A stretch of DNA of 64,000 nt from an uncultured virus (IMG/VR IMGVR_UViG_3300032288_003839) (lineage: Duplodnaviria; Heunggongvirae; Uroviricota; Caudoviricetes). Every line of letters begins with the position of its first letter. Positions within the stretch are counted from its first letter, which is position 1. The notes beneath the pieces are model-generated. The model did not search any database. It was given only the letters and a program-made list of their open reading frames with translations, and was not told the origin of the DNA. Both the position numbers and the translations under genes were made by a program. The stretch lies in IMG/VR virus record IMGVR_UViG_3300032288_003839; one strand, 5' to 3'. This document shows positions 39,390 to 48,964 of this stretch, piece by piece.

Positions 39390-41278
39390 AGGTTAAGAAA
39401 CAAGTATCTTTTATAAACTTCCTTACCAAATGATTCATAATCAAATGAGTTGCATATTCTAGCTATAGTATTAATCATTCTTGTATCTGTACCATACCAA
39501 AGAAAATACTTTTTTTCTAACTCACTATTTATATTATCTCCACTAACACAAAATGTTTTAATGTTACCCATAAAACTACTAAGTGTAAGACTACTAGCAC
39601 GTATGTTAGGATTAAATTTATTTTTCTCAACACACCAAGCAAAAAGAGCAGGTATGATGTCTTCAGCTTCTGGTGTTTTATCCTTAGAAACTCCCCAATA
39701 AACACCTCTTAGTTGTTTTCTAAAAATATCATTAGATTCTATTTCTCTTATAACATCTTCTTTGTTGAATTTACCTTCTCTATTAATTGTTCTTATTTGT
39801 TCTACAACAATAGGTCTTACTATACTTCTATAGTCTAAACCTCTTTTTTCTTTTTCAATTAAATCTTCCTCTAATCTATCATAAAGATCGTCAGAATAAC
39901 TACTATCGCTTAAAAAATGATATTCATCTGTAAATGGGTCTTTTATATAATTTTTTCTACTATAATACTTACCATCTATTTCAATATAAAGATCTTTTTT
40001 ATTCTTTACACAATGGTCAATATCATCATCAGATATCTTAACTCTAATAACTGACTCATCTTTGAGATATAACCAATCATTCATCATCTCTGAATAAACA
40101 GCATCTTCTGAAAAAAAGTTTTCATTATGATATTCTGAATAAATAACATCATCAGTCGGAGCAGCCCACTCATCTTTGTATGCTAGATACTTAGCATCAT
40201 CTTTATATAACCAATCATCCACATTTACACAATAAACAGCACCTTCCTTTGATATGTATTCACTATACCATTCTGACCAAATAACATTATCTGATATATA
40301 ACCACCATCAGTTTCTTGTATCTTTATATAACCACCCTCAGGCCAAAGAGATTCATCATTACACAGAAGTAAACTTTCATTATCATAACACATAAATGTA
40401 TCCATATAAGGATAATATTCAAAATCATTACTATCTAATCTAACATACATAATCCAATCTGTTTTAGATTGCCCATAATATCTCATTCCTTTTTTATCAG
40501 CCCATTCTTGAAATAATATTTTATCAGAATCATTATTTGTATAGATTCTATCCATATAGTAATCTTCCTTACAAAATTGTCTACCTTCTTTGTGATGATA
40601 TAGTTTCCAAATAAGAGCTCTTCCAGTTATCTTATCATCATCTCCTTTTAGAATTAATAATTGGCAAACTTTAGGATTTTTAACATAGATATCTAAGTAG
40701 TTTTGACAACTCTTATATCTCATACAAGAAGAACCTAATTGTCCTTTTCTAGTTTCATAATTATCTTCTAAATACCAGTGTCTAATATCTTCTCCAGATA
40801 CTAATTGTAAATTAGAATTGTCTTCATCTTTACTATCAAATGCTGCTTTATATAAATTAACAAATTTTTCAATTTCTGAATCTGGTGCAGACTTACCAAT
40901 AGACTCTGAGAATGTTCTTCTGGTCCATCTACCAATACCCATCTCGGTTCTAGATTCTTTCCAAAATTCATCGCCGTCCATTCTTATGTGATCGCCCTTT
41001 GTAAATAACTCTCTATCAATTTCCATCTCTGGATATTTTCTTAATATTCTATTTACTTGAACAAATGAGATTGTATCATTTTTATCGGTAATATCTATTA
41101 GGGTGTATTGTGTAAGAACTTGATTAGATCTTTCAGCTAGAAGAAGGAATTTAGCTACTCCTGATTTATTTTCTATTTTTTTAAGTAAACTTCTGAATTT
41201 TTCAGAATAATATAATTGAGCGGTATTATTTTTAACAGTCTCTAAAATATAGTCTAAATAATCTGATAAATATCTCAT
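39386..41278 (-). CDS. Hypothetical protein, paralog of 22908..24050, with added short aromatic/acidic repeats
   Basis: Probable start MRYLSDYLDYILE at 41278; LGSSCM, GRALIW, MDRIY and YPYMDT; WSEWYSEYI/YSEYHNE/YSEMMNDW repeats. Confidence 0.7.
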   Translation of the reverse strand: MRYLSDYLDYILETVKNNTAQLYYSEKFRSLLKKIENKSGVAKFLLLAERSNQVLTQYTLIDITDKNDTISFVQVNRILRKYPEMEIDRELFTKGDHIRMDGDEFWKESRTEMGIGRWTRRTFSESIGKSAPDSEIEKFVNLYKAAFDSKDEDNSNLQLVSGEDIRHWYLEDNYETRKGQLGSSCMRYKSCQNYLDIYVKNPKVCQLLILKGDDDKITGRALIWKLYHHKEGRQFCKEDYYMDRIYTNNDSDKILFQEWADKKGMRYYGQSKTDWIMYVRLDSNDFEYYPYMDTFMCYDNESLLLCNDESLWPEGGYIKIQETDGGYISDNVIWSEWYSEYISKEGAVYCVNVDDWLYKDDAKYLAYKDEWAAPTDDVIYSEYHNENFFSEDAVYSEMMNDWLYLKDESVIRVKISDDDIDHCVKNKKDLYIEIDGKYYSRKNYIKDPFTDEYHFLSDSSYSDDLYDRLEEDLIEKEKRGLDYRSIVRPIVVEQIRTINREGKFNKEDVIREIESNDIFRKQLRGVYWGVSKDKTPEAEDIIPALFAWCVEKNKFNPNIRASSLTLSSFMGNIKTFCVSGDNINSELEKKYFLWYGTDTRMINTIARICNSFDYESFGKEVYKRYLFLNL

Positions 41279-41299
41279 AAAAGTATATATAAAAAAATC

Positions 41300-41491
41300 A
41301 TGGAAGAAATGCAGGCATTTGATAAAAAAATTAAAATAGTAAAGTGTAATAATGACAAGTCTTGGTATAAAGACCTTATAGGCCAAACTTTTAGTTTTGA
41401 AGACCATTCTGTAAGAGATTACTATGTTAGAACATCTGATGGTGTATTAAGAATTATACTAGCAGTTGATGTAGAATTGGTAGATAGATAA
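41300..41491 (+). CDS. Small hypothetical protein
   Basis: 63 aa, followed directly by a terminator. Confidence 0.5.
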   Translation: MEEMQAFDKKIKIVKCNNDKSWYKDLIGQTFSFEDHSVRDYYVRTSDGVLRIILAVDVELVDR

Positions 41492-41518
41492 AAAGTCCTC
41501 TTATTTAGAGGACTTTTT
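41490..41518. terminator. Bidirectional intrinsic terminator
   Basis: aaaaagtcctct-tattt-agaggacttttt. Confidence 0.85.
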
Positions 41519-41520
41519 AT

Positions 41521-42600
41521 TTAATCTTTTTTTTTACGATTCTTAAAAATTTCTTTTGTTGTTTTTGTTAAAAATCTTGTTTGAGCTTTTAATCTATCTC
41601 TAAAAGGATTGTTTTCGGCCCCTCCTTGTAAAAGGTTGTTAGAAAGTTCTCCAGTTGCTAGTGTATTAAAATTAGTGAAAGGCATTATAGATGATGACAT
41701 TGGGTCACCCGCTCCTCCACCAAAACTAGATTGTGTTTCAAATGTTCTAACTTTCTTAGTTATATTTAAAGGATCTTTAGTTCCTTTAACAACAATTTCT
41801 TTAATATTTGGAAATCTTTCATTATGTAGACCATCAACTAAATCTTCAATGTGTTTAACATTTTTAAGATCATCATCAGAGAAACCAATTTTAGCACTCA
41901 TTCCAACTTGCTCAGCAAATTTATTAACTTTAGATTTAAATTCTAAAAGAGCTTCTTCTTTTGCCTTTTCAGGGTTTGAAGGTGATCCACCTCTTGATGG
42001 TGATGAAACACCAACAAAATCACAACTATCTAAATACATTTTAACTAACTCATTCTTAGAAGGTTGTCCTTTTAATATTCTTGGTTGTTCACCACTGTCT
42101 ATATTAAAAATATAAGCAAATTTCAAAAGATTATTATACATAGAGTATAATTGTTCTTCTGTTAAAATATTATCAATTATCCAATCAATACCTAATCTCA
42201 TACCTTCAGATTCATGTCCTCTAGCTGTTATAATTGCAAATATACATCCATTACTTAGACACTCCATAAAGTCATTCCAAGCTGGGCCAAATCTTTTCAT
42301 AGATATTGACTTTTTAACATCATCTAAAAAGGCATTAATGCCTTTAGGTCCGTTATCTCTAAAGTCTGAAAAGGCAGCTTCTGGATTATTATTTAAAACT
42401 CTCCAGTTTTCCTTATCACCTCTAACTTCAGCAAACTCAGCCGTAGAAACATCAGTAGGTACCCACTCACCGTTTACTTTTTTATCCATGTGTATAACAG
42501 TTGTCATATTAAGGATATTATCATCCCAATCAAAGGCATAATAAAGTAGATGATCAGAATCTTTATTTTCTGAGATGTATTGATTAAATCTTTTAATCAT
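41521..42600 (-). CDS. HAD-superfamily-like protein
   Basis: AFDWDDN (motif I), IITARGH (II), K (III), GFSDDD (IV). Confidence 0.7.
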   Translation of the reverse strand: MIKRFNQYISENKDSDHLLYYAFDWDDNILNMTTVIHMDKKVNGEWVPTDVSTAEFAEVRGDKENWRVLNNNPEAAFSDFRDNGPKGINAFLDDVKKSISMKRFGPAWNDFMECLSNGCIFAIITARGHESEGMRLGIDWIIDNILTEEQLYSMYNNLLKFAYIFNIDSGEQPRILKGQPSKNELVKMYLDSCDFVGVSSPSRGGSPSNPEKAKEEALLEFKSKVNKFAEQVGMSAKIGFSDDDLKNVKHIEDLVDGLHNERFPNIKEIVVKGTKDPLNITKKVRTFETQSSFGGGAGDPMSSSIMPFTNFNTLATGELSNNLLQGGAENNPFRDRLKAQTRFLTKTTKEIFKNRKKKD

Positions 42601-42605
42601 ATAAA

Positions 42606-42956
42606 TTATTTCTTTTTAGTGATGAAAGATTCGAAAGTCTTTAATGATTCCATTTTTTCTTCCTCTTCTTCCTCTTCTTCCTCTTGTGATTCTTCTTCTT
42701 GAGCTTCTTCCATTTCGTCTTCTAAATCTTCAGATCCTTCTTCACCACCGAAATCTTCTTCTTCTCCACCAAAATCACCAAATGATTTTACTTCTTCTCC
42801 ACCTTCTTCAGTTTCACTTTCTTCAGCTCCTTGAGCTTCAGTTTCAAGAGAAAATTCTTCAACAGTTTCACCGTCTTTCATAGCAGTAACTGATAACATA
42901 CCAGCTTTCTCTTCAATAACGATTTCGTAACCGTTCATTTCTATTGTAGTTTTCAT
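42606..42956 (-). CDS. Highly acidic protein
   Basis: Probable start MKTTIEM; Glu-rich; ends LKTFESFITKKK. Confidence 0.6.
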   Translation of the reverse strand: MKTTIEMNGYEIVIEEKAGMLSVTAMKDGETVEEFSLETEAQGAEESETEEGGEEVKSFGDFGGEEEDFGGEEGSEDLEDEMEEAQEEESQEEEEEEEEEKMESLKTFESFITKKK

Positions 42957-43075
42957 ATAAATAGTTATTTTTTTGTATATATTAATTATCAAATATTAAA
43001 ATTCGACAGTACTAATATCTTTTATATATTAAACTTTTACTCCTATTATTTATAAAAAATAAAAACAATCCAAGG

Positions 43076-43738
43076 ATGAACAAAGATTTTAGAAAATTTG
43101 CAAATGATAAAATGGTAAGCACTACTTACCTTAATGACTATTTTAGAAAACTAAATATAAGAAATAACACAACCCAATTACTTGAAAGCAATGGAATGCC
43201 AGTAGATATATTCTCAAAGCTTTTAGATGATAGAATAATATTTCTATGCACTGAAATAGACTCTGATATTTGTAATATCATCAAAGCTCAGTTAATGTAT
43301 CTCGAAACTCAAAATGATGAGGATATTAAAATTTATATTGATTCACCAGGTGGATCTGTTTATAGTGGATTAGGTCTATTAGATGTTATGGATTATGTTA
43401 GTCCTGACATCATTACAGTCAATACGGGACTAGCTGCATCAATGGCTGCTGTTATACTATGTTCAGGTTCAAAAGGTAAAAGAAGAGCTCTTAAAAGAAG
43501 TAGAACAATGATTCACCAACCAATGAGTTATGGTGGATATGTTCAACAAGCATCAGATATGGAAATTGAAGCTAAAGAAATGAATTCTATTAAGAAAGAA
43601 CTTTATGAAATCATTTCAGAAAGAACTGGTCAAAACTATGATAGAGTTCACAAAGATGGTGATAGAGATTATTGGATGAGCGCACAAGACGCTAAGAAAT
43701 ATGGTATGATAGATGATATCATATTAAAGAGAAAGTAA
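43076..43738 (+). CDS. clpP: ClpP protease proteolytic subunit
   Basis: DIFSKLLDDRIIFL; YIDSPGGSV; GLAASMA; MIHQP; DRDYWMSA..AKKYGMID. Confidence 0.95.
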   Translation: MNKDFRKFANDKMVSTTYLNDYFRKLNIRNNTTQLLESNGMPVDIFSKLLDDRIIFLCTEIDSDICNIIKAQLMYLETQNDEDIKIYIDSPGGSVYSGLGLLDVMDYVSPDIITVNTGLAASMAAVILCSGSKGKRRALKRSRTMIHQPMSYGGYVQQASDMEIEAKEMNSIKKELYEIISERTGQNYDRVHKDGDRDYWMSAQDAKKYGMIDDIILKRK

Positions 43739-43751
43739 AATTAAATCTTAG

Positions 43752-44489
43752 ATGAAGAACAAGATATTTAATGAAAATAATATAGTGACCATGAGCAGAC
43801 TATCAGATGGTTCTATATCTGGTATCATAACTTCACCACCCTATAACATCACATCTAAAAGAAAGGATGTTTATTATAATAACGGATATTCTGATATTGA
43901 TGGATTATCAGAAGATGAGTATTTAAAAGTTAGAGTAAATGAGTTTATTCAATTTTCAAGAATATTAGAGAACACTGGAGTTATTTGTTATAATATTTCA
44001 TATCACAATGAAAATCCTATACTACCCACTCTTCTAATGGCTAAGATACATAAAGAAACCGATTTAACTGTTGCTGATATTATAACTTGGAAAAAATCAA
44101 CATCTATTCCATTTCAAACAAGTTCTACCAAACTTTCAAGAATATGTGAATTGGTTTATATAATTGTTAAAAAAGACTTTTTACATCAGTTCAAAACAAA
44201 TAAAGAAGTTAGTAAGATAAATGAAAAAACTGGACAAAAATTTTATAAAAACTATACTAATTTAATAGAGGCTAAAAATAATGATGGTATTAAATGTAAA
44301 CTAAAAGCTTCTTTCTCTGAAGACTTAGTAATTAAATTATTAGATATTTATTTTCCAGAAGATTCTTTAATTTATGACCCATTCATGGGTATTGGAACAA
44401 CAGCAAGAGCTTGTAAAAAATCAGGAAGAAATTTTATAGGATCTGAATTAGATAAAGAACATTTTGATATTTCTATTTCACTTCTTTAA
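43752..44489 (+). CDS. DNA methyltransferase (SPPY, likely N4-cytosine)
   Basis: ITSPPYN; DPFMGIGTT. Confidence 0.88.
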   Translation: MKNKIFNENNIVTMSRLSDGSISGIITSPPYNITSKRKDVYYNNGYSDIDGLSEDEYLKVRVNEFIQFSRILENTGVICYNISYHNENPILPTLLMAKIHKETDLTVADIITWKKSTSIPFQTSSTKLSRICELVYIIVKKDFLHQFKTNKEVSKINEKTGQKFYKNYTNLIEAKNNDGIKCKLKASFSEDLVIKLLDIYFPEDSLIYDPFMGIGTTARACKKSGRNFIGSELDKEHFDISISLL

Positions 44490-44499
44490 TATATAAGAA

Positions 44500-45165
44500 A
44501 TGAAAAAGTTTTCTAAATTAATAACCGAATCAAAAAAAGAATTATGGACTAAACACCCATTAGTCAATCCTGTTGACTGGGAAGAAATATTCAAACCTCT
44601 TATTGAACATATTGATTCTAACTTAAAGACAAATGTTCCACCACCAGGTGAGGGTATATTTAGTAGTAATACAAAAGTCGCACTGGATGAGTTAATAGAT
44701 GCAATGACAGAAGATTATGTTGAGTATTATACTAATGTGATTGATGATGGTTCACAGGAATCATTCTTTAGTGCGTATGATATAAAAGTATCTTATAATG
44801 ATATTATGGATTGCATTCAACCTATTTTAGACCAAACAAATGAGGTTGAGGATTATCCACAATGGGATGGTGGCTATCTTTACCTAAGTGCTAAAAAATT
44901 GAACTATAGAAGTTTAGAAGAATTTATAGAAGATATAGAGGATATTCATCTAAAGTTAAAAATGTTGAATGTAGACTACACAATAAGAATACATACTGAT
45001 AATACAGATGTGAATCTAATAAAAACATCTACAGGTATAACTAAGAAGATAAAAGATGTAACTGATTTACCTGGATCATCTTCCGAGAAGGCGGTTAAAT
45101 CAATTAAGTCAGTTTCAATTTTCATTTATAATAAAGATACTGTTCAAGTCGGAGACTTAGACTAA
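44500..45165 (+). CDS. Hypothetical protein
   Basis: Start MKKFSKLITE; TATATA 4 nt upstream. Confidence 0.65.
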   Translation: MKKFSKLITESKKELWTKHPLVNPVDWEEIFKPLIEHIDSNLKTNVPPPGEGIFSSNTKVALDELIDAMTEDYVEYYTNVIDDGSQESFFSAYDIKVSYNDIMDCIQPILDQTNEVEDYPQWDGGYLYLSAKKLNYRSLEEFIEDIEDIHLKLKMLNVDYTIRIHTDNTDVNLIKTSTGITKKIKDVTDLPGSSSEKAVKSIKSVSIFIYNKDTVQVGDLD

Positions 45166-45166
45166 T

Positions 45167-45192
45167 AAAAAAACCCACTAAAAAGTGGGTTT
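45167..45192. terminator. Intrinsic terminator
   Basis: aaacccact-aaaa-agtgggttt between convergent genes. Confidence 0.7.
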
Positions 45193-45214
45193 AATTTTTT
45201 GCAGAAAAATCTAA

Positions 45215-45607
45215 TTACTTCTTTTCAGAAGGTTTAGTCTTTTTCACAGCTGGTTTAGCAGAAGGTTTAGCCGTCTTAGCAGCAGGTTTCGCTTGTTTTG
45301 CAGCTGGTTTTGCAGCTGGTTTAGCAACAACTTTTTCAGCCTTAGGCTCAGTCTTTGCCTTAGACTTAATATCTTTAGCAGTAACTTTTTTCTCTTCTTT
45401 TTTCTCAGCAGCTACTTCAGCTAATCTGTTTTCAATTACTTTAGTTGGTTCTTCAACTTTAGCTTTCTCAACTTTAGGAGCCTCAACTTTAGGAGCCTCA
45501 ACTTTAGGAGCCTCAGTTTTTGCAACTGGTGCAACCGTTGGTTCAGCTATTACAATAGCTTCTTCTTTCTTCCCAAATAGATTTTTAAAGAATGATAATA
45601 TACTCAT
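45215..45607 (-). CDS. Lys/Ala/Pro-rich histone-H1-like protein
   Basis: EAPKV x3 (15-nt tandem at about 45470-45515) and KPAA repeats; amphipathic N-terminus. Confidence 0.6.
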   Translation of the reverse strand: MSILSFFKNLFGKKEEAIVIAEPTVAPVAKTEAPKVEAPKVEAPKVEKAKVEEPTKVIENRLAEVAAEKKEEKKVTAKDIKSKAKTEPKAEKVVAKPAAKPAAKQAKPAAKTAKPSAKPAVKKTKPSEKK

Positions 45608-45717
45608 AATTTAGTTTATTTTTTATTATATATATAGTTCCTTATCTTCCCTCTATAAAAAACCTCAAAAATTCCACAAATTTAAACACTTAGTATTATT
45701 TTATATATAACAATGAG

Positions 45718-47328
45718 ATGAAATTTAGATATGATAAAGAAACCGAAGAAATAGTTGTTACATCAGCAACTAGAATTGAATACCACCAAGTTGGTCTTTG
45801 GTTAACTCGTCATGTTAAGGGTTATAGATATATGCCAGCATTCAAGATGGGAGTGTGGAATGGTCAACAATCATATTTCAAAAATGGTAGAGTAAATCTA
45901 GGTCTTTGGAAAGAAACTATGAGAGGTTGTAAAGAAATTGATGCTTCTTTTATTTTAGAAAATAAAGAAGACTTTCCTCTAAATAGAGACGTGACATTAG
46001 ATAAAGTCAAAGACTTTTGTAAAGAATTCTTTAAAGATCATAAAGTTAAAACTAAAGATGGTCAGTGGGTTCCTTTTACACCATATGACCATCAAATTGA
46101 ATCAGCTTATAAAATTCTAAAAAATAGATATTGTATGGCTGAAGTAGCAACTTCAGGTGGTAAATCATTAATCATATCTATAGTAATGTTTTATACACTA
46201 AAGAACATGGATCCGGATGCTAAGTTTCTAATCATAGTTCCATCAATTACTTTAGTTACTCAGTTTTATGATAATATAGTAGAATATAATTTTGGTATCA
46301 ATAACTTAATTGAAATGAGAGAGAAAAATAGCGAAACTATATTAAGTAAAACTCATAAGCCGTGTGATGTTAGAGTAGAAGAAGTTATGTCTGATAGACC
46401 AAGAAAGTTCTCAGGTACACAAAATCCTAATGTTTATATTGGTACTTATCAATCTTTAGAAAAGTGGCCAAAAGAATTCTTTCAACAGTTTCATACCGTT
46501 GTCACCGATGAGGCACATGGGGCTAAAGCAAAAACTATAAATACTATTCTACATAAAACATTTGGATATGCTTATTCAAGATTTGGTGTATCAGGTACTT
46601 TTCCAGAAGATGATACTTGTGAAATATTAAATATACAATCAGTACTAGGACCAAAGATAACCGAAGTCTCAGCCAATGAATTAAAAGAAAAAGGAATCAT
46701 TACTCCAATGGATATTAAAGTTGTTATAATGAATCATAATGACTCTGAATTCGCTGAAAGAATTAATATAATAAAGAAAAGTGGTAATGGTAAAGACGCA
46801 TTTGACTTAGAAAAAGATTACATTCATATTTCTGAAAGAAGATTAGAATTTATTAAAAAGATAGTAGATAAATGTGATTCAAATACTCTGTTACTTTTTC
46901 ATACAATTGAATATGGTCAAAGTATATTTAATAAGTTACAGAAAGAATGTGTAGATAAAGAATTTTATTATATTGATGGTGAGATATCTGGTAAGAAAAG
47001 AGAGGTTATTAAAAAAGAAATGGAAAACACAGATGGTAAAGTAAGAGTTCTTGTTGCTTCTTATGGTACTTTATCAACAGGTGTCTCTATTAATGCTATC
47101 TTTAATGTTATATTTGCGGATTCATTCAAGTCTGAACAAATTATTATTCAATCAATAGGTAGAGCTCTCCGTTTACATGATGATAAAAAGAAAGCAAATA
47201 TATTTGATTTAGTTGATGTTTTCTCATCAGGTGAGATGTCTAATATTTTATATAGACATTATAAAGAAAGAGAGAAGTTCTATATTAAAAGACAATATCC
47301 TTATAAAGTAACTAAGATTAATCTATAA
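45718..47328 (+). CDS. uvsW: UvsW-like SF2 DNA helicase
   Basis: PYDHQ; ATSGGKS; DEAH; GVSGT; STGVSI; QSIGRALR. Confidence 0.9.
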   Translation: MKFRYDKETEEIVVTSATRIEYHQVGLWLTRHVKGYRYMPAFKMGVWNGQQSYFKNGRVNLGLWKETMRGCKEIDASFILENKEDFPLNRDVTLDKVKDFCKEFFKDHKVKTKDGQWVPFTPYDHQIESAYKILKNRYCMAEVATSGGKSLIISIVMFYTLKNMDPDAKFLIIVPSITLVTQFYDNIVEYNFGINNLIEMREKNSETILSKTHKPCDVRVEEVMSDRPRKFSGTQNPNVYIGTYQSLEKWPKEFFQQFHTVVTDEAHGAKAKTINTILHKTFGYAYSRFGVSGTFPEDDTCEILNIQSVLGPKITEVSANELKEKGIITPMDIKVVIMNHNDSEFAERINIIKKSGNGKDAFDLEKDYIHISERRLEFIKKIVDKCDSNTLLLFHTIEYGQSIFNKLQKECVDKEFYYIDGEISGKKREVIKKEMENTDGKVRVLVASYGTLSTGVSINAIFNVIFADSFKSEQIIIQSIGRALRLHDDKKKANIFDLVDVFSSGEMSNILYRHYKEREKFYIKRQYPYKVTKINL

Positions 47329-47329
47329 T

Positions 47330-48934
47330 TTATTTACTAGATTGAGCATCTTCAACATCCTTAGATGTTATTAAAGTATAAGTAAATTTATTACCATATT
47401 TAGCTTTGTGTTTATCTAATAATCCAAATAGTTGGTCTAAATGAGATGGATCTGGTATAACCTGACAACCTTCAGACCAGTTGTAAACACCGTATGTATT
47501 TTTACCCTGAGCTCTATTAAATGCTTTATGTATTAACATACCAGCTGCTCCAGAACCTTCTTTACTAAATGTTAATTTATCATCACCATTTGCGGCATCT
47601 CTATAGAAATTTTGAACACCCGGTCTTAAACACTTTTCACCGTGATATTCACCTATTTGCCAAGAATCAACATACTGAGCTGGCTTTAAAATTCCTAAAC
47701 CACCTCTTTGTTTAATTTTAGGTATGTCTTTGTGTAGAATGGAATACTTACCACCTACTTGAGAGTCTCCTTTACTTCCGTATTTGCCAGGTATAGTAGA
47801 AATAGGAAACCAAGTACATTTTGTAGCACCGTCATCATTTTTATAAACTAAATAAAGTCTATCTTTAAATTGATTTGAATATCCCTGACCAGGATATTGA
47901 TATCTAACACCAACTATATTCATCTGCCATGCTTTATCATAAACAACATACCCTTTCTTTCTAAGAGCTTTTAGAATTGTTTCAGCGTCAGCATTTACTT
48001 CTTTTGATGCTGGTGGTATATTATCAGCGGTTATAGGTGGTCCACCAGGAGTACCTGGCTCTGTACTAGGTTGATTTGTATTACCATTTGTATCACCAGC
48101 AGCTGTGGTTAAATTACCATCAATTGGAGTAGCGGATTTAGGAGTAAAGTTAATAGGTTCTTTTGTAACCAATTCATTTTTCTTAACTGTGGATTTCCAA
48201 GTATCACCAACTTGACCATCTGTTATTCTACTATCTTGTGTTGGTATAATAGATGCATCAATATAACCATTATCATTTAGATTAACATTCTTAGAAAGAA
48301 ATTTTGGATCCTTAAGAGCTTTATATTTAGCAAGAACATCTATAAATGAAGAGTTAGCAATAACAGGTGCTAATAGATTACCAAGATATGGACCATTCAA
48401 TAGGTTATCGACAAACTCATCAAACCAATTTAGAAAGTTAGTACCAAGTATAGCTTGTTGATTGGCATTACCAGAACCAATATTAATAGTACCCATATTA
48501 TCTTTTAGATTCATATCAATACCACCATCTCTTAGATTTATTTGAGTTATCTTATAATCCAAAACAACGCCATCTTTATCATTAACAAAAAATTGAGTTT
48601 TGTGATCAAAGAAAATAGACTTCATTGAAGTATAATCTTTACCTTCTAACTTTTGTAATTTTTTCTCAAGATTAATATTATAATGCTCGGAATATAAAAA
48701 CTCAGGTTTGTATATATTTCCTTGGTCAAAAACAATAGTAACTATTTTACCCTTTTCAGGAACATTAAATCCATTACCATTTAAGTCTTTCCAAGGGTTA
48801 GCCCAAGGTATATCTTCAACAGGAATTTCATCAAATATATCTAATGCCCTAACTCTAACTCTTCCAAGTTTTTTAGGATCATCATTGTCTTCTACTACAC
48901 CAATATATGTTTTATTAGCTTCAACTTGAATCAT
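47330..48934 (-). CDS. Baseplate spike (gp5-like OB fold) fused to a YkuD-like cell-wall domain
   Basis: YIGVVEDNDDPKKLGRVRVR...PWA.P; C-terminal MLIHKA...NWSEGCQV. Confidence 0.8.
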   Translation of the reverse strand: MIQVEANKTYIGVVEDNDDPKKLGRVRVRALDIFDEIPVEDIPWANPWKDLNGNGFNVPEKGKIVTIVFDQGNIYKPEFLYSEHYNINLEKKLQKLEGKDYTSMKSIFFDHKTQFFVNDKDGVVLDYKITQINLRDGGIDMNLKDNMGTINIGSGNANQQAILGTNFLNWFDEFVDNLLNGPYLGNLLAPVIANSSFIDVLAKYKALKDPKFLSKNVNLNDNGYIDASIIPTQDSRITDGQVGDTWKSTVKKNELVTKEPINFTPKSATPIDGNLTTAAGDTNGNTNQPSTEPGTPGGPPITADNIPPASKEVNADAETILKALRKKGYVVYDKAWQMNIVGVRYQYPGQGYSNQFKDRLYLVYKNDDGATKCTWFPISTIPGKYGSKGDSQVGGKYSILHKDIPKIKQRGGLGILKPAQYVDSWQIGEYHGEKCLRPGVQNFYRDAANGDDKLTFSKEGSGAAGMLIHKAFNRAQGKNTYGVYNWSEGCQVIPDPSHLDQLFGLLDKHKAKYGNKFTYTLITSKDVEDAQSSK

Positions 48935-48964
48935 AAAATTATATATTAATAAAAAGGTTTCTTA

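Noticed and set aside
41279..41407. N-terminal extensions in the ORF track (39386..41407, 28714..29667, 42606..42992, 56687..57187, 14348..14623, 24494..24847)
   Set aside because: The extensions cross promoter motifs or neighbouring genes. Downstream ATGs fit the promoter spacing better.
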